Positions 1-11,287 of a stretch of 64,000 nt of DNA are shown here, piece after piece; the first letter of the stretch is position 1, and each line of letters opens with the position of its first letter. The DNA is from Camelus dromedarius (Eukaryota). Made by a program: the position numbers and the translations under genes. The notes under the pieces are model-generated. The model did not search any database. It was not told the origin of the DNA and was given only the letters and a program-made list of their open reading frames with translations. Location: NCBI RefSeq assembly GCF_036321535.1, contig NC_087437.1, forward strand, positions 115,384,001-115,448,000, given 5' to 3'.

Positions 1-129
1 TAGTGTGAGGGTTAGGTAATGCACACAGGCAGGACAGTGGTCAGACGGGCCGGGTTCGCTTTGATATCTTTGTGGTCCATTCCTAACCCCTCTTTCCCTA
101 AACAGGGATACGTCCTATGACTCCTCAGC

Positions 130-590
130 TTAATTATTAGCTACTACTGTTGGACAAAACTTCTGAAACTCAGTGGCTTAAGTTAATTTTTATTTGATCC
201 TGATCTCGCGATCTGGGCTGAGTTTGGCTGGGCCGTTCCTCTGCTGGTCTTGTCCGTGGTCCCTCACGCGGCTGCGTTGGTTGGGAATTGGCTGGAGCTG
301 GGCTCAGCTGGGAGCTGGGATGGCTAGGCCTCTTTCTCTCCAGGAGGTTTCGGGGCTTCTCCATGTGACTTTGGTCTATGTGATCTCTCCATGGGGTCTC
401 CAGCATGGTAGCCAGACCTCTTATGGGGTGGTTCAGGGCTTCCAAGAGCACAGAAGTGGAAGCTGCCAGGCCTTCTGAAGGTTCAGGCCCAGAACTGTCA
501 GAGTATCACTTCTGCCACATCTTGTTTCAAGCAGCTTGCAGGTCTGGTCCAGACTGAAGGGCATGAATATGGGAGGCATGGTTCACCAGG
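130..590. mobile_element. Old MaLR (MLT1-type) LTR relic; approximate bounds
   Basis: MLT1-like phrases: aaactcagtggcttaa, gaagtggaagctgccagg, tcacttctgccacat, gggcatgaatatgggaggcatgg. Confidence 0.6.
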
Positions 591-1558
591 GGCAGCACTG
601 TCCACACTCACCTTTCAGGGCATTTATGTCGTTCTCATTTGCCATGCTGTATGATCAAGCGCCTTTCATTATGAGTCTTGCTAGCATTCCATTTTGGGGC
701 AGTTTTTAGGTAGTCCTTTAAAGAAGGATGAATGTAAAACACTGCCTGTGTCATGTACTTTTGATTATGCTCAAAGTAGTCTCATCAGAAGGAAGCATTT
801 ATAGAAATGATAATGTCTTTGAAGCTTTTTACTTCTTAGTGTTTGAGCAGGTCTAGTCTTGTTAAGTTACTCAAAAATTCTGAAATATTTTAATACATAA
901 TTTTTGTATGTTCAATTCAAACATACTATCAAACTAGACAAAATAAATGAGGCTGTTGATAAATTTTTTTTCCTGTGCTAGCATAAAAATTTAACAATTT
1001 CTGCTAGGAATAAACTTTTTATTGTTTTTTTTCACTTTATTAGTATATTTCTTTCCTTTTTTCTGTCACAATTTAAAGCTAGGCTATAGGCTTCTCTTTG
1101 CTTTATGCACTTTCCTAATAAATGCTTTAAAGCTAAATTTTTATATTTAAACCTTAAAACTTTTTGGATCTCTTAGAGAACCACAGAGGATATGAGGGAT
1201 GCCTTCATTGATTTTTCTATGCTTTAGATGATACTTAGTGTTCATTAAGAAATGAATAGTCAGGAGGAGCTCTGGTTGGTGCAGTGATGCAAATCGGAGG
1301 AAATTATGAAAGGAGGCAGAAATTCCATGAAGAGCTACCCAGTATTGAGTATTTAGAAGAACTGTTTTACAAAAGAAGTGAAATGGCACTTAAACTGGTT
1401 GTTATTGGAAACGGGATTTTTTAGCAAGTAGAGATGACTAAAGAGGTGTGTAGGGGAGCATGGAAAAAGCAGAACCTATCTGATGCAGGGCATTGCTTAA
1501 GAATCAAAGATTTACACACTTTGTCTTGAAGAATTACCCGACTGTGTGCATGCATGAA

Positions 1559-1580
1559 TGTGTGTGTGTGTGTGTGTGTG
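1559..1580. repeat. (TG)11 microsatellite
   Basis: Read directly from the sequence. Confidence 0.95.
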
Positions 1581-1725
1581 TTTAATTGGACTTTAAGTCC
1601 TGTTTTTAAAAATAGAAGGCTGTTTTCATTTTGAGTGAGAACCACTCGTCACTGATGATGACCCAGCCACACCTGTGCTCCTCTGTCTTGCATTGAACCA
1701 GCTGGAGGTGCTTCTTACAGAGGAC

Positions 1726-1747
1726 GGGGGGGGGGGGGGGGGGGGGG
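1726..1747 (+). repeat. G22 homopolymer
   Basis: Read directly from the sequence. Confidence 0.9.
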
Positions 1748-2000
1748 AGGCAACTGTGCTGCAGGCACATGGCTTAGAGTGACAAAAAAGGTGATGAGCT
1801 CTCCAGGTTTAGAAGGAAAATGTCCCCAAAGGAAAATGACCCAAATTCTTTTCCTATTCAGAAGTTATTAGATGTGAAACAAAAAGAAATGAAAAGAATT
1901 TGAGAAATGTTTGCATGGATATAGGTAGAATTTACTGTGTGGGTTGTATTTTTAAAATTCTTTGAAAATTAATTAAAATTTGGTGATCATGCTTTCGTAG

Positions 2001-2069
2001 GTACACCCTAGAAAATGATGGAAAGGAAAAGGAACTTGAATTACTTCTGGATCTGTCCCTCGAAATCAG
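2001..2069 (+). CDS. TTC3: TTC3 internal coding exon (YTLENDGKEKELELLLDLSLEI-S)
   Basis: Acceptor ttcgtag at 1994-2000. Peptide resembles human TTC3 YTQKNDGKEKEHELHLDQSLEIS. Ends in phase 2 at a GC donor (AG|gcaaat) and joins the next exon in frame. Confidence 0.88.
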
Positions 2070-3029
2070 GCAAATTAAAGCTTAAATTTATTTTAATACC
2101 TTATACTTTTAATACTAGAGGCACAAGTCTAATATATTTAGACATCCCAATATATTTTTGCTTGTCTCTTTTAAATAATTATGTTTCTTTTTAAAATTTT
2201 GTTTCTATTTTATTCTTTAAATTAATATTTAACTAAATTTACCTTTTAAGTATCTTTAGTTTATTTTACACTTTTGTTTCACAGTATCGGTTTAAAAAGT
2301 CTTGAACTACTCATTTTCCTTTTAATTAATTTGAAACTAAAAATGTATTTTAAAAACTTTTTGAGTTACTTGAGATAACAGTCTCAACTATATTATGCTA
2401 GTTTGTTGCTCTGCAATTACAGATTTATCAAAGAATTCTTACTGTGAACCTATTAAAAGTTTCCTTTTAAATTTTATTAATGGAAATAGTGTTTGCACAT
2501 ACTAGTAACCAGTATACTCAGTAGTAAGCAGTTGTATCCTGCTTTTCTCATTTAATATTGTTTTATAAACATTTCCGTTCAAATCATGGTCCATGGCTTT
2601 TTTTTTTTTTAAACTATTATTAACGTATTGCCATGAACAACTTGGTACAGATCCCTTTTTTCCTTTGGGTTATTACCCTTTATATGTGTCAAAATAGAAT
2701 TTCTGACTCAAAGGATGAGGGATGTTCTATAAAGTTTATTAATATAGCCAGATTATACTTCACTTAACCTCATAAAAATGGTGAACCAGTTTCTCAGCAT
2801 TCCTACCAGATACTCGCTTTTAATTTAATATCTTCCTTTGATCATTTGTAAAGTGCAAAGAGCACTGTAGGTCTTGTGTAGTCACATATTAGGCAAGAAG
2901 TTACTCTAGAAGCAGTTATATAGGTCTTTTTGTGGCTGTCAGAAGACTTCAAAGCTGATCTGGTTTCAGCCTTTATAATCTCACTGGTTAAGTTTTTTTC
3001 AGTAAGTTTTTTTCCCTTAATATTTACAG

Positions 3030-3126
3030 TAATACATTTACAAATGAGAAAATGAAAATAGAAGAGTGTATAAAGAAAGGGAAAGAAGATTATGAGGAGA
3101 GTCTTCGAAGGGCTGTGGATGCAGAG
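3030..3126 (+). CDS. TTC3: TTC3 coding exon (NTFTNEKMKIEECIKKGKEDYEESLRRAVDAE), coiled-coil region
   Basis: tttacag acceptor and GAG|gtgagt donor. 97 nt = 1 + 32 codons. Matches the TTC3 KMKIEE..KGKEDYEES motif. Confidence 0.95.
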
Positions 3127-4495
3127 GTGAGTCCAGGTCACTTGGTGATGGACAGGTATGGCAGGAGGTCATTCGTTTATTTTGTGTTTAATCACATTCG
3201 TGTGTTCACATGCATGACATGTGCAATGAAAGGCAGAAGAATGTGGAGGCTAAGGCGTATCCTTTCGCCCATTACCCCTCCCCCCTGGAACAACCACTCT
3301 TTCCTCACCTGTAGCGTTTACATTTTTCACCCTTACCTTATGCTGTTAAGTAGCTGTACTCACAGCGTATACCACGTTTTGTAACCTGCTTTCCTTACCT
3401 AACATAATTCAGTCATTTCCCATGCTCTACACTTCGAATGGCTTCATCATGTTTAATGAAGTGATGTACCATGAAGTAGCCAACTGTAAAACATATTTGC
3501 CAATGCTAGAAAAGAAACTTGAAAATAATCCATTTATTAAGAATCTGCTGTCTCTCCTTCCCCCAGAAGAATATGTATCAGTGTCTCAAATGTATACTAT
3601 TTGAGAAACTACTGAGACAAAAATAAAAATAATGACCTCTGGCTATGTTCTATTTAATTCCTGAAACATAGTTGTCTTTGTTTTTCTAATTGAGAAGTAA
3701 ATGTTATTAGCATATGTGTCTATGATTGTTCTGGGAAAATAAGAAGCAGCTTAGCTTATGCAGTCTGCAAACATGAGTCTTTCAATTAAATATCAACTGT
3801 GCAGCTGCTTCTGAGAAAAAGAAGGAGAAAAAACTCAAAGTACTTCTACTTTGTGGACGCTCTGCCTGCATCTGCACTCCCGAGTCGTTCAGTTCCCATT
3901 TGCCACCACTTGGCAAGCAGCTTTGCCTGGTGGCACTGTCAGGGTACTGACACCTGGATTAAAACACAGCACTTCCAACATTTCCTGGAGTGACTTTTAT
4001 ATAAAAAATGGCCAGTTGGCTCATGGGGAAGTCAGAGAGTCTGAAGTTTTAAAAACACACCCTAGAGGCTTTTCACGCCCTCGCTGAGAACAACTTCTCT
4101 GAAGCCTTTAAATTCAGTAGGGCACAGCCTTGGAGTGGTTCCTTGAGCTCCTTTCCTCTGTTTGCCACGGACAGGACACCAGGTATATACATCTAGGTAA
4201 CCTGGCTCTGTGCTTGTATATGGCTTAAGCAGTAAGCCATGTGGAAAGTTTTGTATCTGAGAAAAGTATCATTTTAGGTACATAATTTTACTGTCATTTT
4301 GTTACTCTGTTTTCAAATCCAAGAGTTTTAGTTCATGCTCACCTGAGAGAAATTATAATTAAGTTCTGGTAATTCTTTCATTATATGTCATTTAAGGAGA
4401 AACTTGAACCAGGTTTAGAATATTTGTTTTAACAAACTTAAAATAGTTTCATTTCTTCAGTTTTAAAATACTTATGTTCTCTAATCTAATGGTAG

Positions 4496-4596
4496 GTGTC
4501 TGTGCTTGAAAACTGGAAGGAGACGGAAGTGTGGAAGTTACAGACCATGGAGTCACAAGCCGAGGGCTTCCTTAAGAAGCTGAAGCTACTGGGCAG
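4496..4596 (+). CDS. TTC3: TTC3 coding exon (VSVLENWKETEVWKLQTMESQAEGFLKKLKLLG-S)
   Basis: ggtag acceptor and AG|gtattg donor. 101 nt, phase 0 to 2. Matches TTC3 VSVLENWKESEVYKLQIMESQAE. Confidence 0.95.
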
Positions 4597-6336
4597 GTAT
4601 TGTGGTGCCACAGGTGTCTTCCCAGCACGTCTTTGAGTGAATAGAGGTTAAGGCTGATTTGAGAAAAACTTACATTAGGACCATTTTATTTTTTGATAGT
4701 TAATACGGCTAATGCATGTTCAATCAGAAAAATCGAAACATACAAACAAAAATGATAAAAATCATCCATAACTCTAAATTGAACTATAGTTAATATTTTT
4801 GCACTAAATCTATTAATTAATTTGACAAAAATTTATATATAGTTTTTCACAAAGTAGTATATAGAAATCTTCCTTTCCTATCAATAATTACATTTCTCCA
4901 ACCTAATTTGGAAAGGCTGACTCGTGTTCCAGTGTACAAATGTGTCGTGATCTATTAAACACCACTGAGGTGGAAGAGTTGGGTTATTCACAAATTTTGT
5001 TAATAAAAGCTACACTGTAGCAGATACCCTTGTAGCTAAATTTTTATGCATATTATTAATCATTTCCATTCAATACTTTTCTGGAATGAAGATCACATTT
5101 TTAAAGCTTTTTAAACAGTTGCCTTAAGAACAGTTACTTAGCAGTCTTACTGGTAGCGTACCGGACCGTCACTTCAAAAGATACATAAACATGGTCATTT
5201 TTTTCAGCTCTCCATAATCTTCACCTGTTTCTGTTTGTTTTGTGTTGGTTTTGGAATAAGGCTTACCTGGGACTCCTAGAGGGCCTCCTGCAGTCTGGCA
5301 TCAGCAGTCAGTCTCATCACTGTGGATTTTTGCTCCTGGCATCACCTTTCATCTGGCCTTTTTATCATATTCCACACACAGGTTTTGAGTTTTAATTCCT
5401 CGTACTTTTTTTATCTAAATTTCAAACCCTCAGTGTGGAACCAGAGATTCTGTGGGACAAGGAAAAACAGTTTTAGTATAATTCTTCATTTTCCAAGGTT
5501 AAGTTTTTTCCATTAGAGAAAACCATTCTGATTAAAAGTAGACTGATGTGCTGACTCAGATTACAGGACCAGTACAGCAGAGGCTGGGACCTCGTGGTGG
5601 TGGTCAGTTTTCAGCCCAGCATAGGCTGTGCCCTGCGGTGCAGCTGGGAGACGAGCACATCTCAGACTTCTTTCTGTCGAACAGCACTGGCTTCCTAATG
5701 AAGCCTCATGCTCCCTTCTTAGGGATTCTGTGCTAATTCTGCTCGTTCTCCCAGAGGATAGTGAAGAGAACAGCCGCAGAAGCAGTGTTCTGGTGTTCCT
5801 GTAAGGTGTGTGATGAGAACCCACACTGTCACCTGCTGCTGGTGTTACTGATCCTCTCAGTTAGGAGTACTTGTATGTCACTGTTGATAGACCAGATGGA
5901 TGAGGGGCTGAGAAATCTAAATCGCCTGTCAGGCCCTACCCTTTCTTTTACAATAAGGTGGGGAAGAATGTTTATTGGAATGTTTCCAAGCTGCCTTTTT
6001 GTTTGTTTTTCCATGCCAAGATAGCCTTTGATGTTAAACTTGAAGATGTCAAATGAAGAATGGTCAAATCTACAAATTTGGGGAAAGGAATTAAAATTCA
6101 GAAGAATATTTGCTTTCTGCCCATAAGTTCTCGGGGTTTGGTCAGATCAGTAATTAAAATTTCCTGATGTCTCTGATGGTGACTTTGTAAGATACACAGT
6201 TCTTTAAAAATAGTTGGGTTTTTTTTGTGATCGTGTTTCTTTCATGTTTAAATATTTATTTTCTTTTGTACATTAGTGCGTTCAGTTAAAAAGAATGTTA
6301 TGTGGACATTAGCAGTTTCATATTTTCCTTTCTCAG

Positions 6337-6427
6337 TGATTCTACAACATATCCTGATGTGGAGTCTGATACACATTCATGGGAATCATTTGTTTCTGAT
6401 GTTAGAAAAGAAATGGAGAAAGCAGAG
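6337..6427 (+). CDS. TTC3: TTC3 coding exon (DSTTYPDVESDTHSWESFVSDVRKEMEKAE)
   Basis: Polypyrimidine tract plus tctcag acceptor, GAG|gtaagt donor. 91 nt, phase 2 to 0. Confidence 0.95.
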
Positions 6428-6845
6428 GTAAGTTACAAGGTATTTTATAATTCTGTCAAAATCTACCTGATGGTTATAATTCCAAGGAAGTAGTGTCATA
6501 CTGAAACGGCCTCTTTTTTGAGCGGTTAAAGGCAATATGTATTTTTTGTTGGAATTAAGAATTTTTCATGAAAAAAAAGATGCTGTTTTCTTAACTATCT
6601 TAAACTCTGCCCTTGATTGACAAGATTAGGGAAGTTACGTTTGAAAGATCTATAGAGCTTTCTGGTTAATAAGGACTTATTTTGAACTACTTTCCTTACA
6701 AGAAATAACCTTGCATCTCAGCTGTATTTCTTGGAAAATGGTTGATAGTTTGTAATGTACAGTATGGGGGGAAAGTGTTAATTGACAGATGTGGTTTTCC
6801 CTTGAGATTTCTTAGAAAAACTTACACTTTTCCTTCTACCTACAG

Positions 6846-6947
6846 TCTCAGTATGAAGAACAAATTCAAGCAATTAAAAACGGTTCTCGGCTCAGTGAAC
6901 TTTCTAAAGTACAGATTTCTGACCTTTCGTTTCCTGCCTGTAACACA
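6846..6947 (+). CDS. TTC3: TTC3 coding exon (SQYEEQIQAIKNGSRLSELSKVQISDLSFPACNT)
   Basis: cctacag acceptor and ACA|gtaagt donor. 34 codons, closely matching TTC3. Confidence 0.96.
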
Positions 6948-7659
6948 GTAAGTCTGTCACATCTTCTTTTTCTTTCTTTCCTTTCCTTTTTTTTTTTTTT
7001 GGAGGAAAGAGAACAGAAAACTAGTGAAGCACAATTTCTTTCTTAACTGCCCAGAGCAGTGTGTTGTTGTTGTTTTGGGTATGAGCATGAGATGGATTGG
7101 TAACTACCTCAGTGTTTTCATTGAGCCCGAGGCTAAGCCCCTGTCAGGGCTCCCGTCTTTGCCCCTCACCCTCCGGCCCTTCCGTCCTGTGCATTCAGTC
7201 CCCTTAACTGAGATACAGCTCTGCAGCCGCAGTGAGAGGCCTGATCTTGGACATCTTTTTCTCCCCAATACCTCACACAGTAAGCATTCAAACGTATGTG
7301 GACTCATCTTTAAAAAAAAAAAAAAATTTAAAACATTAGAAAGTTTAGCTACCTCGAACTGAGTAAAATAGTCTATTGAGCTCTAAAGTTTTTTCTCTCC
7401 ATAGAACTGAGTAAGAAATAGAATTTTATTTAGAATTAAAGGTCACTTATTTACAGTGTTTCCAAGTTCTTAGAGCAGACATGGAGGGGAAAAAAGCATT
7501 AGATCGCAGTAGAGTATTTTACTATTAGTTTTTAATTCTAGCTTATGTAATTTTATAAATGCTCAAAAAAGAATTTTAATATTCAAAACCTTGGGAACTC
7601 TCAGTGTGCCAGGAACTTGAGTAATAAATACCCCTAAAAATAATTGACTTTGTGTGTCA

Positions 7660-8560
7660 TTTTTACCCTATTCATTCATCAAGTATTTAGTGGTGATCAA
7701 GATTAGATGTGGTTTGTGCCCTCAAAGTACATATGGTTTCAAGAACGAGAGACTTGAAACCTGTAATTACAAGCAGTGTGCACCAAGGTTTTTCATAGGA
7801 GCACAGAATGCCATTATAGCAGCATAAACGAGGGGGAGCTAACCCAACCTAGCAGAAGATTCCCTGTTGGAGGTCTTAGTGAGTCAGAGATCTGGCATAG
7901 GAATTAACCAGGCAAAAGGAGTAAGTAGGGGTGTGCTTAAGGAGGGGTGCGTGTGTGGTGTTTGCAGGGTCAGAGTGCTCCAAATGGAAGAAACAGCATA
8001 TTTGAAGGCTAAAAAAAAAGAGAACACTCCTTTCATAGCTGTGAAAGAAGTTCCCTATGACAAAAGTGGCTATAAGGAGAAAGATTATAAAGTTGTACCC
8101 ACAGGCCAGAACAAAGAGCCTTATTCTGCAAGGTGTGTTCAGCAGTGTGGACTCTCCCTCAGGTCACCAAGAAGCCAGGATAGGTTTCAAGGATGAGAAC
8201 AAGATCGGCTCAGCTGCAGTGTGGAGACATGGTCGAGAGGTCCTGAGTGATTTCCAGTTGACCAGTTACAGCTCACTGTCACCAGCCATGTCCTGGAGCA
8301 AGTGGCAGTGGGGCTGAAGGGAAGAGACAGGCTTGAGAGGTGTTTAGGGTGTCAGTTGAAAGAACTGCTGAGATTGGGGCCCCATGTGCGTGTGTTGGGA
8401 AGTCGAGGATGAATCAGGGTTTCTGCCAGTGAGGTGGGCACCAGAGAAAGGGCAGGGCGAGGAGGCCTTCCTGAGGCTAGTTTTGAAGACGTTGAGTTTG
8501 AGAAGCCTTGGAACCACGCAAGTGGATCTGCCCGTTAAAATTTGGATCTCAGGAAAGTAT
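7660..8560 (-). mobile_element. Degraded L2 LINE fragment; approximate bounds
   Basis: ttcattcatcaagtatttag tail, then purine-rich L2-like text such as gttgagtttgag...aagtggatctgccc. Confidence 0.5.
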
Positions 8561-8943
8561 TCTAGACAAATCTTTGAAAGAGTGGGTGTTCTTCCCAGCG
8601 AGCACGGTCTCACTGAAGCACGAGAGGGTGCAGCATGGGGTGGGATTTGCACCTCTGACAACATGAGAGTCAGCACTTCGGGCTCGGACAGGAGGAGGCG
8701 CTGCGGGTGGGGCGCTGAGAAGACGCCCAGAGGAGGAGGAACGGAGGCCAGGGGCGCCGAGCCGTGATAGCTCATTTTGAGAGAGTAGGTGACCAGTAGT
8801 TTTTAAGGACAAAAACATTTAATTTGTTGCATTCAAATTTCCTGTGCCCTTGAGCAGCCAGGTTTTATTACAGCTGCGTTTGTCAGTCTTTGTCCATGAA
8901 TGTAACTCTTAGTGACTCAGCTCCTGTGGTGTGTTCCTCACAG

Positions 8944-9281
8944 ATTCACCCGGAGTTACTTCCTGAGTCTTCAGACCTTGATGCTCATGACCCCTCCACT
9001 TCTACAAGTCACGGGGCTGGAAACCGAACAGCAGTTCCCAAGGACTTGACTCTGGTCTCTGCCGCTGAGGGCCTGGTGGAGTTGCCCTCCTGTGAGCCAG
9101 AAGTCGCCCTCCTGCCAGAGTGTGAGAGCTCTGGCCAGGCAGCTCAGTCAAAACAAAGCCTTGAGGCTGATCAGAAATTACCTGTTGCTCCAGGACGTGC
9201 CGCTCGTTCAAGCCAGTCTCCAAAAAAGCCATTCAATAGTATTATCGAGCACCTGTCAGTGGTATTCCCATATTACAGCAG
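8944..9281 (+). CDS. TTC3: TTC3 coding exon (IHPELLPESS...GRAARSSQSPKKPFNSIIEHLSVVFPYYS-S)
   Basis: tcacag acceptor and AG|gtacga donor. 338 nt. Lies within ORF 8890..9330. Both ends match TTC3 and the middle is a divergent low-complexity linker. Confidence 0.96.
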
Positions 9282-10844
9282 GTACGAATCTAAAATGTCT
9301 GTGCCTCTGCTGAATACTTTGTTGAACTGAGGATTCCTGATCGGATAACATTATGGCCAATTAGGGGCAGGAGTGGAAAGGACTGTATAATTGTTTTACT
9401 GAGAAAGACAAGAGCTACGTTTTTTTTTTCCTTTTTGTGAACACGGAGGTGAGCATTTTCAAAGATTGAAAACATTGAACACTGGTTAATCAACACACAT
9501 CAGAACCCACGGCAATTTGCTAAGATTTTGAGGAGCTCAGTAAGGTGCTCCAACACTAGTTACAGAATCACTAAATGAATTGCAAAACATTAGTTTTGTG
9601 TCGTTTCAAGGGAAAAACATCACATATAGCAAAGAAGGCAGCAGCAGCTTACATCTTGTGGACAGTACCTCTGAGCTGTTAGAGGTCTGAGGTTGAAAAG
9701 GTGGATAGAATTTGATAGTGAACCAAGTGTGTGAGCATGTTACAGAACGGTCCCAATAAGGGTGGGGAGAGCTGCTTTTAACTTAGTCGCCTGTATCAGT
9801 CGGACACTTCAGTGGTGCTTCTGCCTTGACCGTTGACCTAACTCTCCAGATTGGTATGAGGGGCAGGGGTGCCCTTGTCTCTGCAGGAGAGCAGATGAAG
9901 TGGAGGGGATGTCTCTGGGATGCAGCTCAGAAGAGAGGAATCCACATGCAGGAATGACCCTCTGCACCTCCCGTGTTATTTCTGTCTTGGATACAGTATT
10001 AGTCACAGGCTTTGAAATTATCCTTTTGAAACAAAATCATGCTTAAATTATGATTTACAAAATTAACGTTTTACATTTGTCAGTGGAGCCCTGCCCACAT
10101 GGAAATAAGTATATCTTGTCCGCACACGGGCGTATTTAGCCCTGCCTGCGTTTGAGAAACGTAAGTTATCTCAAGAGCAGTTACCATGCCAGTTCTTAAA
10201 AAATAGCCAAGTTGTGATTACCAAAGATATCTTACAAATAAAATTGTTTGCAATCCTGACTAAATTTGGCTGAATATAAACCACCAAATAGAAATGCATT
10301 CTATTTTCTGAAAAGTAAAGCATTTGAGGTATTAGTGCTGTAAATATCAAGTCCCTGTGATGCAGATCACATCCACGGGCACTGACAGAACAGCCAGGCT
10401 TTGAAGACTTGGTTTTTAAAGGGAGGAAGTTAACAAAGCTAGTTTGTTCTTAGAGACTTATTACTGATTTCAAGTCAGAACCAATGGTATCTGATCACTC
10501 AGTAATGTTGCTTGAAGCTACAGTGTGTCCCGGCCGTAAGAAGTACGGTTTCTAAGCCGGGGTGGACATCTCAGATGGATCTAGCAGATACACTATTACT
10601 TTGAAAGTCTATTAAAACAAATGTTTAGAAATAATACTGGAATTTTCATAATACTTTGGAAGAGTGACCTCAGTTTTATATACAGTTATGCTGTCGTTTA
10701 CAAATGAATTATTTGTGTGGTTATTTGTATTTGACCTCGTTGCTTCTAGCTGTTGGGTTAATACTGGCACATAATGTTTATTCATATTTATTTGCAGTAG
10801 AAAACTTTGACTTTCTCATGACGTTATCCCCATTTCCCTTTTAG

Positions 10845-10971
10845 CACTGAGCTTGCTGGTTTTATTAAAAAAGTGAGAAACAAAAACAAGAACTCGCTCT
10901 CTGGATTGAGTATTGACGAAATTGTCCAAAGAGTGGCAGAACACATTCTAGATGAAGAGAAGAAGAAAAAG
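10845..10971 (+). CDS. TTC3: TTC3 coding exon (TELAGFIKKVRNKNKNSLSGLSIDEIVQRVAEHILDEEKKKK)
   Basis: cccttttag acceptor and AAG|gtcagt donor. 127 nt = 1 + 42 codons. Confidence 0.96.
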
Positions 10972-11152
10972 GTCAGTATTTCATTTAGATTCAATAAAAT
11001 GTTTTACTTTATCCTTACTTATTTATAAAATATGAGAATTATGAAAAAAAATGCTTCCAGCCAAAAGGTGGAGAACAATTTAGTAGTAGATGGAAGATGG
11101 TCAAGTTTTGAGATAACTGAACTTGCTTCCCTGTCCCACATTCTCACTGCAG

Positions 11153-11287
11153 CCAAATCCAGGAAAGGACAAGCAGCCATCTGAGCTCTGCTCTGCTGCT
11201 TCTGTGACCACGGCCACCCAGGACCCGCCCTCCCCGGCTGCTGGAGCGTCACCCCAGACCCGGGGGCAGGAGACGGAAGGTGTCCCT
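11153..11287 (+). CDS. TTC3: TTC3 coding exon (PNPGKDKQPSELCSAAS...QETEGVP); 3' end could alternatively be 11296
   Basis: ctgcag acceptor. Two in-frame donors: CCT|gtgagt after 11287 and GTT|gtgcgc after 11296. Confidence 0.88.

Noticed and set aside
1650..1720. TGATGA box-C-like motif in a TTC3 intron (possible snoRNA)
   Set aside because: No properly spaced box D (CTGA) with a terminal stem was seen.
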